Below, one piece after another: positions 24,138 through 32,000 of a stretch of 32,000 bases of DNA (its first letter is position 1; each line of letters starts with the position of its first letter). The stretch comes from an uncultured bacterium (GTDB lineage Bacteria > Patescibacteriota > Gracilibacteria > UBA1369 > PNNO01). A model generated the notes under the pieces. The model was not told the DNA's origin. It made no database searches and was given only the letters and a program-made list of their open reading frames with translations. The position numbers were made by a program, and so were the translations under genes. Location of the stretch: assembly GCA_963704705.1 (NCBI GenBank), contig OY969931.1, positions 120,001 through 152,000 of the forward strand. The letters are read 5' to 3'.

Positions 24138-25376
24138 TTATGGGAGCAAATTTCTAGCCCAGTCCTTGATGCCACCGAAGGCTTTTTTAAGCCCAAATCC
24201 TTTAAAGCGGAATCCGTAAGAACGGGTCTCGAGCCTTGACCCCCAGATTAGTAGACCGATTGCAGTTGCGTATGCCGGATCATCTATCTTATCAACAACA
24301 CCGTCAAAATTCTGCGGGAACCCGATTTGAACCGGCAGATTTAGTGTGTCGCGAGCAAGATCAATAGCTCCGGGCATTTTAACTCCTGCACCAGTTAATA
24401 TAACACCGCCCGGAAGCATTCCGTCGCGGTGGATTTTTGCAAGTTCGTCCTTGGCAAGCATAAAAATTTCATGATATCTGGCCTGAATAATCTCAGCCAT
24501 GTGACGTTTGCTTACTTTATGGGTATCTATTTTGCTAACTAAACTTAAATCAATGGTTTCGCGGTCATTTATATCTTCCGGAATCACACTTCCGTACTCA
24601 ATTTTAACTTTTTCAGCTGTGTCGATTGAAGTTCGAAGTCCAATTGCTATATCGTTTGTTACGCTTTCTCCTCCAACCGGTAAAACAGCTGTGTGAAGCG
24701 TAGTTCCTTCTTCGAAAACCGAAAGCGAAGAGCCTCCGCATCCGATATCCAAAACAACAACCCCCAATTCTTTCTGACGCTTAGTCAAAACAGCTTCAGG
24801 TGCTGCCAAACTTGTAGGAATTATATCATCAATATCAACACCTGCCTGCAATACACATTTTTCAATATTTTTAATAGATGGAACAAGCCCTGTAACAATG
24901 TGGGCTTCAACCTCAAGGCGGATACCGGTCATTCCAACCGGATATTTAATGCCTTTTTGTTCATCAACTGTAAATGATTTTGGAATAATTCTAAGAATTC
25001 TTCGATTACTCGGAATTGAAACCGCTTGTGCAGCTTCAAGAACTCTGTCTACATCATCTTCGCTGATTTCGTTACCAGAGTGTGAAACAGCGATTACACC
25101 TTTACTGTTCATTGATTCGATGTGACTTCCGCCAATGCCCAAAAACACGTGATTAATCGGCTCTCCGGCCATTCTTTCAGCGTCTTCTAGCGATGTGGAA
25201 ATACTGTTGATTGCCTCTTCAACATCAATTACCGAACCTTTTCTCAGTCCGGCAGACGGTGTAACCCCAACTCCGATTATGTTAGGAGTTTGAGATTTTT
25301 CTTCGAGAGTTCCTACTACTGTGCGTATTTTGGAACTACCGATGTCGAGACTGGCAATAATGCGTGATTTTGCCAT
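24138..25376 (-). CDS. ftsA: Cell division protein FtsA (actin-like ATPase)
   Basis: ASLDIGSSKIRTVVG...VLDIGCGGSSLSVF...GGVILTGAGVKMPG. The gene lies immediately upstream of ftsZ on the same strand. Confidence 0.95.
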   Translation of the reverse strand: MAKSRIIASLDIGSSKIRTVVGTLEEKSQTPNIIGVGVTPSAGLRKGSVIDVEEAINSISTSLEDAERMAGEPINHVFLGIGGSHIESMNSKGVIAVSHSGNEISEDDVDRVLEAAQAVSIPSNRRILRIIPKSFTVDEQKGIKYPVGMTGIRLEVEAHIVTGLVPSIKNIEKCVLQAGVDIDDIIPTSLAAPEAVLTKRQKELGVVVLDIGCGGSSLSVFEEGTTLHTAVLPVGGESVTNDIAIGLRTSIDTAEKVKIEYGSVIPEDINDRETIDLSLVSKIDTHKVSKRHMAEIIQARYHEIFMLAKDELAKIHRDGMLPGGVILTGAGVKMPGAIDLARDTLNLPVQIGFPQNFDGVVDKIDDPAYATAIGLLIWGSRLETRSYGFRFKGFGLKKAFGGIKDWARNLLP

Positions 25377-25496
25377 TGGTAAAAGAAAAATTAATATAAA
25401 AGGCCCTATAATCTATAGCCTGCGCGAAGAATATACAGAAAAAATAACTTAAAAGCAAGGCTTATTTATGCCAAATTGAACTAATTATGTATACAC

Positions 25497-26408
25497 TCAA
25501 AACAAACTTTCCTGCACGGGATTTTGGCTTACCACTGCGGAATCAGGCAACATTCTGCGTAGTCTGCCAACAAGGGATCGAAATTCCAATTTTTCAAAAA
25601 GTGGTAAAACCTTTACAAAATCTTCAAGATGGTACCTGGTTTTTTCCAAACTGAAATCTATAGGCACATCGCGAACCAAGGTTACTAATTTTTGACTAAA
25701 ATATGCTTCGTTTTTTTGATTTTCAAGTTTGTCATGTAAAGCGCCTTTGATTTTATCAAGATTTCCATAGATTCCATCCAGAGTTTTGTATTCCTGTAAA
25801 AGTTTAGTAGCGCCTTTTTCTCCTATACCCTGCACACCCGGAATATTATCGGATTGATCACCCATGATCGCTTTAAAATCAACAATTTGATCAGGAGTTA
25901 ATCCAAATCTATCAAAAACCGCTTTTGGAGTATAAATTTTTCCATCATTGCCGCCCTTTGCAGGACTGATCACAACAACATGCTCGTTAATCAGCTGAAA
26001 AGAGTCTTTATCTGAAGTAACAATATTAACCTGAATATCTTTGTTTGCTACTTTTTCGCATATTGTAGCGATAACATCATCTGCTTCAAAACCTTCAAGT
26101 TCATGAATCGGCACTTCAAGCAAATCAAGAATTTCGCGGATTCGTCCGAACTGCTCATATAATTCATCAGGCGCTTTTACCCTTTTGGCTTTGTACTCTT
26201 TGTATTCTTCATGCCGGAATGTTTTTTTGGATACATCAAAACTTACAGTCAGATAATCCGGCTTAATTCTATCCAAAATATTCAAAAGTGTTGAGCAAAA
26301 GCCATAAACCGCATTTACAAGCTCACCTTCTTTGGTTTTAAAAGGCGGCAAGGCATGGAATGCTCTGTGAATTATTGAATTTGCATCTACTAAAACTAGC
26401 TTTTTCAT
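25497..26408 (-). CDS. Stand-alone 5'-3' exonuclease / flap endonuclease (Pol I N-terminal domain homologue)
   Basis: LVLVDANSIIHRAFHALP...EADDVIAT...TSDKDSFQL...GDQSDNIPGVQGIGEKGATKLL (PIN-like plus H3TH). At 303 aa there is no polymerase domain. Confidence 0.9.
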   Translation of the reverse strand: MKKLVLVDANSIIHRAFHALPPFKTKEGELVNAVYGFCSTLLNILDRIKPDYLTVSFDVSKKTFRHEEYKEYKAKRVKAPDELYEQFGRIREILDLLEVPIHELEGFEADDVIATICEKVANKDIQVNIVTSDKDSFQLINEHVVVISPAKGGNDGKIYTPKAVFDRFGLTPDQIVDFKAIMGDQSDNIPGVQGIGEKGATKLLQEYKTLDGIYGNLDKIKGALHDKLENQKNEAYFSQKLVTLVRDVPIDFSLEKTRYHLEDFVKVLPLFEKLEFRSLVGRLRRMLPDSAVVSQNPVQESLF

Positions 26409-26475
26409 GGCCTAAACATTAAATCATCTCTGCGCGGACTGTCAATTATATAAAATAGCAAAAACCCCTGTTTTT

Positions 26476-26484
26476 TGCTATAAT
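26476..26484 (+). promoter_or_regulatory. Extended -10 promoter element (TGcTATAAT) upstream of the 26516 gene
   Basis: TG at 26476-26477 and TATAAT at 26479-26484, overlapping the right arm of an 8-bp inverted repeat (agcaaaaa / tttttgct, 26457-26479). Confidence 0.4.
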
Positions 26485-26515
26485 ATAGTGAAAATAAAAA
26501 TAAAAACCCCTCTAA

Positions 26516-26950
26516 ATGCAAACAACATCTTCAGAAACTTTCGAGTCTCAAACAGAATCAAAAGATTCAAAGACTCCTATAATTTTCCTTGCATCTTCAA
26601 TTAAAAACGAAGTACTTAAAACACTTCAGCAGGGATTAAGTCATCTAAATGCCGAGATCATAACTGAGCAGGATTTTGAAGCTGGTCTTAAAAAAGCTCA
26701 TATGGCTGTTATTTTAGATGAAAATTTCGACCAGATTCGTAAAGCCTGGGAACACGGAGTGGTTACAATCACTTCAAAATTCAATGACAAAATTGAAGAT
26801 TATAATCCAAATTCAGAAAGCGGAAATTCTTTTGTTTTTGAAAATGCGAACGAATGGGAAGTTTTTGCTGCGATTGTACGCGCACTTGAAACGTATAAAT
26901 TTCCATATGACTGGAAATTCATTGTGCGGACATGCAAAGCAAGCGTTTAA
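26516..26950 (+). CDS. Hypothetical 144-aa protein resembling the C-terminal half of a GT-B (glycogen-synthase-like) glycosyltransferase
   Basis: AHMAVILDENFDQIRKAWEHGVVTITSKFNDKIEDYNPNSESGNSFVFENANEWEVFAAIVRALETYKFPYDWKFI parallels the GT-B C-terminal pattern (aD..l.PS..E......G.vPi......d.v.d......GF.F......l..ai.rAl..y......w). The conserved EX7E-type acidic motif is missing. Confidence 0.45.
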   Translation: MQTTSSETFESQTESKDSKTPIIFLASSIKNEVLKTLQQGLSHLNAEIITEQDFEAGLKKAHMAVILDENFDQIRKAWEHGVVTITSKFNDKIEDYNPNSESGNSFVFENANEWEVFAAIVRALETYKFPYDWKFIVRTCKASV

Positions 26951-27309
26951 TTCAAAGTACTTGTTCCGCTATTCGAAAGATCACCTCCAATATCGGTGAC
27001 GGTTTGAACTATTTTTCCTAAATCAATATATTTTATTACATCCAATCCGAATATTCTTCCAATTACCTGAATAATCACAATTGCCAAAAGAGTTACGATC
27101 AAACCAATAATTGCATATCGAATTGTACTTACGGCTTGTTTGATTTTTTCTTCTTGTCCTCCCGATAAAATAAATGAAATACCTCCTATGAAAATAAAGA
27201 AAACTGAAAGGGCGCCGGCAACAATAATGGCATATGCTAGTCCGATGTTTATAATCGTTACAATGTCATAACTTTGTGCAGCCTCAATAATAGAGGTTGA
27301 TTCGTGCAT
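26947..27309 (-). CDS. TrbC/VirB2-like (T4SS-pilin family) small membrane protein
   Basis: Two TM helices flank a Gly-rich loop: IVAGALSVFFIFIGGISFILSGGQEEKIKQAVSTIRYAIIGLIVTLLAIVII. This matches the pattern of the pilin family that is abundant in CPR genomes. Confidence 0.55.
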   Translation of the reverse strand: MHESTSIIEAAQSYDIVTIINIGLAYAIIVAGALSVFFIFIGGISFILSGGQEEKIKQAVSTIRYAIIGLIVTLLAIVIIQVIGRIFGLDVIKYIDLGKIVQTVTDIGGDLSNSGTSTLN

Positions 27310-27327
27310 GATTTGGTATTTTAATTA

Positions 27328-27618
27328 TTATGCTTCAGTAGCTACTTCAGATCCTTCTGGTTCAACAATTCTAAGATTTACCCTAGCATTGTTTTTAGAA
27401 CCAATGACCCTTAGTAGTATACGCAAAGACTTAGCGGTTTGTCCACTTTTACCAATGATTTTTCCCATGTCGTCTTTTGCAACCTGCAAAGTGATGAGCA
27501 CTCCCATTTCATCAACATCACGAGTGACTTTTACTTCATCAGGATTGTCAACGATCATTTTTACGACATGTTCGATAAAATCGCGGTCAGGACCTTCGCT
27601 TTCTTTAGTAGGGTTCAT
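27328..27618 (-). CDS. khpA: KH-domain RNA-binding protein (KhpA/YlqC, UPF0109)
   Basis: IVDNPDEVKVTRDVDEMGVLITLQVAKDDMGKIIGKSGQTAKSLRILLRV. It occupies the conserved position directly downstream of rpsP. Confidence 0.85.
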   Translation of the reverse strand: MNPTKESEGPDRDFIEHVVKMIVDNPDEVKVTRDVDEMGVLITLQVAKDDMGKIIGKSGQTAKSLRILLRVIGSKNNARVNLRIVEPEGSEVATEA

Positions 27619-27666
27619 AACAGTATGGTTTTAGGTTTAGAGAGGTATAGATTTAAGATGAATAGC

Positions 27667-28131
27667 TTATTCCTTTTTTTCTTCTTCAGGATTGTCGGCA
27701 GGCGCTGGCTCCTCGGCAGGCGCTGGCTCCTCAGCAGGCGCTGGCTCCTCGGCAGGCGCTGGTGCAGCTGCCGCTTCTTCTTCAGATTTCGCTTCACTTG
27801 CTTTGCTCGTTCCAGAGGCCTCCGCTGTCGCTTCGTCCTGTTCTTTCTTTTTCTTCTTCTTTTTGTCTTTTGGTTCAATATATTGTTCTAGTCCGGTCAT
27901 TCCGGCATTCTTTAATAATGAAGCAACGGTGTCTGATGGTTTAGCACCTTTAGAAATCCATTCCCTAATTTTTTCCTGATCAAATTCGAGCACTTTTGGA
28001 TCGCGGATTGGAATATAATGTCCAACTACATCAATGAATTTTCCTTTTACTGGCCTTGCATGTTCTGCAACTACGATTCTGTATGAAGGGTAATTTTTTC
28101 TACCAGTTCGAGATAGTCTGATTCTAAGCAA
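27667..28131 (-). CDS. rpsP: 30S ribosomal protein S16 with a ~70-aa Lys-rich and PAEE-repeat C-terminal extension
   Basis: TTG start preceded by AAAGGA. MLRIRLSRTGRKNYPSYRIVVAEHARPVKGKFIDVVGHY...WISKGAKPSDTV, then KDKKKKKKKEQDE...APAPAEEPAPAEEPAPAEEPAPA. Confidence 0.95.
   Translation of the reverse strand: MLRIRLSRTGRKNYPSYRIVVAEHARPVKGKFIDVVGHYIPIRDPKVLEFDQEKIREWISKGAKPSDTVASLLKNAGMTGLEQYIEPKDKKKKKKKEQDEATAEASGTSKASEAKSEEEAAAAPAPAEEPAPAEEPAPAEEPAPADNPEEEKKE
27697..27762. repeat. 18-nt tandem repeat (ggcaggcgctggctcctc), about 3.7 copies, encoding the EEPAPA units of the S16 tail
   Basis: Copies lie at 27697-27714, 27715-27732, 27733-27750 (one substitution) and 27751-27762 (partial). Confidence 0.9.
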
Positions 28132-28223
28132 TTTTTCCTTTAGTTATGTGAATAATAAATATTTGTGCCCTTTAAAAGGCGCTTCTAGTTTATCTAACTT
28201 TTATGCAAAGTCAAGTTTTTATT

Positions 28224-29059
28224 TCATAGCCTGTAGCCGGCTAATTTATATTTTCTGAATTTTTTATCTATCATCGTGTCGCCCTGATGCTCAAGCTCAT
28301 GATGGCCTTTGCAAAGCGCTTCGAGTTCTTCGTGCTTTTTAAATATCGCCCATGGTTTGGGATGATGGATTTCTTCAGCAGGTTTGTTGCATCCGGGAAT
28401 TGAACAAAGGCCATTTGTTTTTTTAAAGCTTCGCGTTTTTGTTTTGCTGAAGCCTGCCGCGATTTTGGATTTGCAGGTTTTGGATTTTTTTGAGGACGCG
28501 GTTCGGGAATCGCCGCAAGACGACTAAATACATCATTCCAGGTTGTGCCTTTGCCCATTTTTTGCTTGATTATTTTAAGCTTTAGAATGATTTTAGGATC
28601 AAGTTTTGCAGCAAAAGTTTCATAATTATTGTCAAAAATTGCTACTTGTTGTGGGGTAGGTTTACCTGGCCCGGGCCAGGAATCTTTGATATGTAATTCT
28701 AGCGCTGGTTTTGACATTTTTTGAACTTTTTCAACCCATTCATTTTCTGTTTCTTTGTTTGCTATGCAAACTACTCTTCTTAATTTGCTTAAACCCACTT
28801 TTGGTAATAAAGCTTTTAATTTCGGCATGTCTTTTAATTTTTCATCAACTCGGATCACATCATCAACCATTGTATGGCTTACCCCGCAAAGCTTAGCCGC
28901 ATATTCATAAATCGACCCAAAACTATACTTTTTATATAGATGTCTTTTATAAACTTCCGGCAAAGCTGCTATAAACTTTTTTCTGCCTTCAAGGCTTTGC
29001 GCGCCCGAATTCTTACACCATCCATGTAGTTCTTTATTATCCATTTTTTCAAAATCCAT
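28224..29059 (-). pseudogene. DUF222-like HNH endonuclease split by a frame change at an A7 run. The 0 frame ends at 28271, and the HNH motif lies in the -1 frame ending at 28224.
   Basis: The 0 frame reads ...SAKQKREALKKQMAFVQF...*. My translation of the -1 frame from the A7 run (T7 on the + strand, 28418-28424) reads KKTNGLCSIPGCNKPAEEIHHPKPWAIFKKHEELEALCKGHHELEHQG, a canonical C..C...HH...H..H HNH core. Confidence 0.7.
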
Positions 29060-29154
29060 AATTATATTTGTTAACTTTTATGTCAAAATTATACAAAATA
29101 TATCAAGAGATTTCCAGCATTTTAACTGGACTTTTCGAGATAAATGGTGTGCTT

Positions 29155-29439
29155 TTACTCACCTAAATTTCTAATGTTTATTTTTTTAACTAAATCGATA
29201 CGTTTTATTATTTCTACCCGCCGCATATGCAAAACCGATGCCCAGGAAGACCCTCGTGCCTCAACTTTTAAAACACCATCTTTAAATGAGCGTGGAATCA
29301 AATACTGAACAGCTTCATCGCCTATAACCTCCCGCGCTACTTTTTTATATTCATTGATTACATTGATCGCGCGAAATTCCGAAGCCAAGCCAGCCTTATT
29401 TACACTAACTCCGATTATGTCTTTTAACTGCTTAAACAT
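29155..29439 (-). CDS. DUF721 / DciA-like protein
   Basis: SFKDGVLKVEARGSSWASVLHMRRVEIIKRI matches the DUF721 core (dG.L.v.v.ss.wa.eL.....eil.ri). The protein is 94 aa. Confidence 0.65.
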   Translation of the reverse strand: MFKQLKDIIGVSVNKAGLASEFRAINVINEYKKVAREVIGDEAVQYLIPRSFKDGVLKVEARGSSWASVLHMRRVEIIKRIDLVKKINIRNLGE

Positions 29440-30551
29440 TCCAGATATAAATTATGTGTAAGTTCCGCCATAGTCTGCCATGAAAATTCACCAACCCTTA
29501 TTAAACCTTTGCGCACCAATTCTTCCTGCATGGCTCTATCTTTATATAATGCAAAAATTACCTGCGCCATATCGTGATGGTCTTTTGGATTGAAAAAAGC
29601 CGCATTACCTTTTCCGCAAACTTCAGGAATTGATGAAGCCTCAGATGCTGCAACAGGTGTGCCGCATGCCATTGCTTCCAAAGGCGGCAATCCAAATCCT
29701 TCATATAATGAAGGGAATACATAAATTGAAGCAGCATTATATAAATCGACCAGTTCATTTTCTTCAACCAGCCCTGTGAAAACAACACTATCTTCAATGC
29801 CGAGTTCTTTTGGAAGGGCTTTAACTTCCGGATAATATGGATCTTCTTTTCCTGTAATTACCAATTTAATATCATCACTTGTCAGTCCGCGGATTTCTTT
29901 AAATGCTTTTAGCATATTTGGAATATTTTTATGAGACCGCCACACGCCCGTATATAAAAAGAACGGCGATCCAGCCAAGCCATATTTTTCCAAAGTTTTT
30001 TTAATGCGGATTGGATCATCGATTTTTTTGAATTCATCAGAAACACCCTGGTAAATAACTTCGATTTTTTCTTCGGGGGTTCCAAGAAGTTCTTTTAAGT
30101 CTTTTTTGCTGTTTTGAGAGATGGTTATTATTTTTTTTGCTTTATTAACAGCTGAACGCAAAGTAATGGCATATCCAAAACGATGAAAAATCGAACGTTT
30201 TTTATTGCCGGGATAAAACGAAAGCGTTAAGTCGTGGATTGTCACAATTGAAGTTCCTTTATAAAAAATTGGCGCATTAAAATGTGTAAAATGCATTAAG
30301 TCCAGTTTGTACTTTTTAAGAATTTTGTTGAAGTGTGTCTGTTCCCTTAAACTGTAAATTGGGGCATCGGCCAATACTTTTTTAAATCTTGGAGAAGGGG
30401 AATGGTAGTCGTCAAATTCAGGTTTATTGAGAAAAAGATAATAATCATTATCGTCATTCATCTTTGCAATACGGTCGGTTAATTCAAAGACATATCTGCC
30501 AATTCCCGTGAATTTACTTGAATATATTCTACAATCAATCCCGATTTTCAT
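29424..30551 (-). CDS. Glycosyltransferase family 4 (GT-B, group 1)
   Basis: VFPSLYEGFGLPPLEAMACGTPVAASEASSIPEV (EX7E region). The protein is 375 aa. Confidence 0.88.
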   Translation of the reverse strand: MKIGIDCRIYSSKFTGIGRYVFELTDRIAKMNDDNDYYLFLNKPEFDDYHSPSPRFKKVLADAPIYSLREQTHFNKILKKYKLDLMHFTHFNAPIFYKGTSIVTIHDLTLSFYPGNKKRSIFHRFGYAITLRSAVNKAKKIITISQNSKKDLKELLGTPEEKIEVIYQGVSDEFKKIDDPIRIKKTLEKYGLAGSPFFLYTGVWRSHKNIPNMLKAFKEIRGLTSDDIKLVITGKEDPYYPEVKALPKELGIEDSVVFTGLVEENELVDLYNAASIYVFPSLYEGFGLPPLEAMACGTPVAASEASSIPEVCGKGNAAFFNPKDHHDMAQVIFALYKDRAMQEELVRKGLIRVGEFSWQTMAELTHNLYLECLSS

Positions 30552-30630
30552 AGTAATTTAGATAAGGATTTTAAATTTTACTTGAGTTTCATTTAAAAGT
30601 ATATTAAATTTAGTCGTGCTTTTACAACTC

Positions 30631-30707
30631 GGGGTGGTAGTTCAGTTGGTTAGAACGCCTGCCTGTCACGCAGGAGGTCGCGAGTTCAAGTCTCGTCCAT
30701 CCCGCCA
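30631..30707 (+). tRNA. tRNA-Asp (anticodon GTC) with genomically encoded CCA
   Basis: The acceptor stem GGGGTGG pairs with CCATCCC (one G-T pair). D-arm TAGTTCAGTTGGTTAGAAC. Anticodon stem-loop CCTGCCTGTCACGCAGG. T-arm GCGAGTTCAAGTCTCGT. Discriminator G followed by CCA. Confidence 0.95.
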
Positions 30708-30805
30708 TTCAATTCCACTTGCTACGAGTGGAACCTCTTTGAGGTTTCATCGAGTAGGAAGAGAATTAATCTCGAGCTCGAAGAGCGAGAGGCAAAATAG
30801 TCAGT

Positions 30806-31636
30806 TTATTCCAATAATTTAAAGCTTCCTTTAACTTTCAAAAATTCATCTTCTGAAAGCTGATAACTATCTGGAGTTCCCCCGCTAGTTTGTTTAACTG
30901 CGAGAATGTATAATGCTCCATCCTTATTAATTGTCCCCATCCTATCATCTTCAAATCCAACACCCGCTAAATCTGCATCTTTTAATTTGCTTGCAATTTC
31001 AGGAGTAGCATTTTCAGCAATTACCTCATATCTATTTTCTCCAGTTAAATTTAGGTCTCCTTTTTCGCTCATTCCTGGCATATACTTTTTTATTATACTT
31101 GAGGTTACTTCTTTATCTTTTATTTTTTGAGGATAAAGAACGATAGTATCTCCTTCAATAACATCAAATTCATCTAAATTTTCTGACAATATATCGTCTA
31201 TTATGCTTTGTGGAGCATTGCTCAAAAGCCTAAATTCGTCGATTGTTTTATTATTAACTTTTTCCAAAATTTCTTCATATTCTTGATTTGGAAAAATTTC
31301 CGATAACGTTTTTGCTGTTGATTCTTCATCAATAACAAGTTTCGGATCAACAAATACTAATTTATTAGCAATTTTATCCCATTCATCATTTGTATATACT
31401 TCAATTGAAAGAAATCCATTACCATTAAGTAGAAAACCTATAGTTTGAACTGCTTCAGGAGGGATGGGATTATTATCAACATTCGTTGTATATCCTTTTG
31501 CTGATTCAGGAAGTTCAATTTGAAATCCAAATTCATCATTTTGATATACAGTATTTTCATTAGGTTGAGAAACCCCACAACCAACCATTCCAAATATCAG
31601 AATAGTTAAAGCCGACAATGAAATTATTTTATTCAT
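30806..31636 (-). CDS. Putative lipoprotein (276 aa), function unknown
   Basis: Signal peptide with the lipobox MNKIISLSALTILIFGMVGC|GVS. The mature part is acidic and has no recognised domain. Confidence 0.65.
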   Translation of the reverse strand: MNKIISLSALTILIFGMVGCGVSQPNENTVYQNDEFGFQIELPESAKGYTTNVDNNPIPPEAVQTIGFLLNGNGFLSIEVYTNDEWDKIANKLVFVDPKLVIDEESTAKTLSEIFPNQEYEEILEKVNNKTIDEFRLLSNAPQSIIDDILSENLDEFDVIEGDTIVLYPQKIKDKEVTSSIIKKYMPGMSEKGDLNLTGENRYEVIAENATPEIASKLKDADLAGVGFEDDRMGTINKDGALYILAVKQTSGGTPDSYQLSEDEFLKVKGSFKLLE

Positions 31637-31747
31637 AATAAGTAGGATTAATATATTATTTAAAACTTTAAATGATAAAATTCATTACATGAACATTATA
31701 ACATAAAAAAAGTTCTGATTTCGTTTACTACGTTCCGCCACTAAAAA

Positions 31748-32000
31748 TCACTTATTTATTAAGTGGTTTTTTATTATTGATAATTTCAAAACATAATACC
31801 CGCTAAAGCATGCAAAGAAGGTATTTAGCCAAAAGAATATCCAGTTCATTTCTATATAACTGAACACTGCGATTAATATGCTGCCGAGTGTAAGTGCAAG
31901 ATTTCTTCTGACAGTGCCCATTTGAAGTGCGTAACCGAGTCCAACTCCGGTTAATCCTAAAATGAAAATTATAGTGTTGTAATTTTCAAAAAGATAAAGT
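31748..32000 (-). CDS. Integral membrane protein, C-terminal 83 codons only (5' end outside the window)
   Basis: My minus-strand translation from 31999 gives LYLFENYNTIIFILGLTGVGLGYALQMGTVRRNLALTLGSILIAVFSYIEMNWIFFWLNTFFACFSGYYVLKLSIIKNHLINK*, with the stop at 31748-31750. The family was not determined. Confidence 0.45.
   Translation of the reverse strand, partial: LYLFENYNTIIFILGLTGVGLGYALQMGTVRRNLALTLGSILIAVFSYIEMNWIFFWLNTFFACFSGYYVLKLSIIKNHLINK

Noticed and set aside
22988-25125. Multiple 60-130 aa ORFs overlapping ftsZ and ftsA on either strand.
   Set aside because: They are shadow ORFs of two unambiguous, highly conserved genes.
26457-26479. The inverted repeat agcaaaaa-N7-tttttgct as a terminator.
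   Set aside because: No gene ends upstream of it on either strand. It overlaps a promoter-like TGcTATAAT element, so at most it is an operator or part of a 5' UTR.
27439-27979. Several ORFs overlapping rpsP and the KH gene: 27439-27891 (+), 27615-27878 (-), 27692-27979 (+) and 27762-27944 (+).
   Set aside because: They are alternative-frame readings of the Lys-rich and 18-nt repeat region of the S16 tail. S16 is unambiguous.
30616-30822. A 68-aa ORF on the + strand.
   Set aside because: It is a translation through the tRNA-Asp gene and its structured spacer.

Overview
AT-rich, gene-dense bacterial window, about 28-35% G+C in hand-counted background lines. Most genes lack a Shine-Dalgarno motif. 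Gene content suggests a Patescibacteria/CPR-like genome (inference): stand-alone 5'-3' exonuclease, FemAB-type transferase, TrbC/VirB2-like pilin, DUF222-type HNH endonuclease, NrdR, dGTPase-like HD protein. Recognisable housekeeping genes are ribD (partial), pcrA, nrdR, dgt-like, a xerC/D-type recombinase, prfB (no programmed frameshift), def, ftsZ, ftsA, rpsP, a KhpA-like KH protein and tRNA-Asp(GTC). Envelope genes are numerous: S41 protease, YmdB, L,D-transpeptidase, MOP flippase, FemAB, GT4 glycosyltransferase and a lipoprotein. No rRNA, CRISPR array or transposase was seen. Five things merit follow-up. (1) An orphan 4.7-kb operon (18056-22783) encodes an acidic small protein and two paralogous Lys-rich proteins. 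The paralogues carry divergent OmpA-like modules, a shared N-terminal motif and identical 17-nt leaders, but no Sec signal. One paralogue is broken by an in-frame TAA and a +1 frame change. (2) A roughly 1.3-kb high-GC single-gene island (about 4876-6210) encodes a secreted M23 peptidase. It has its own AAGGAG RBS and terminator, and its left junction lies inside a host ORF. (3) An HNH endonuclease has its catalytic motif in the -1 frame behind an A AAA AAA slippery run. (4) A protein carries a eukaryote-type EDR1/CTR1-like transglutaminase-fold domain with an intact Cys/His/Asp set. (5) A triple palindrome abuts the prfB start codon. All domain calls come from motif recognition by eye; no database search was run.
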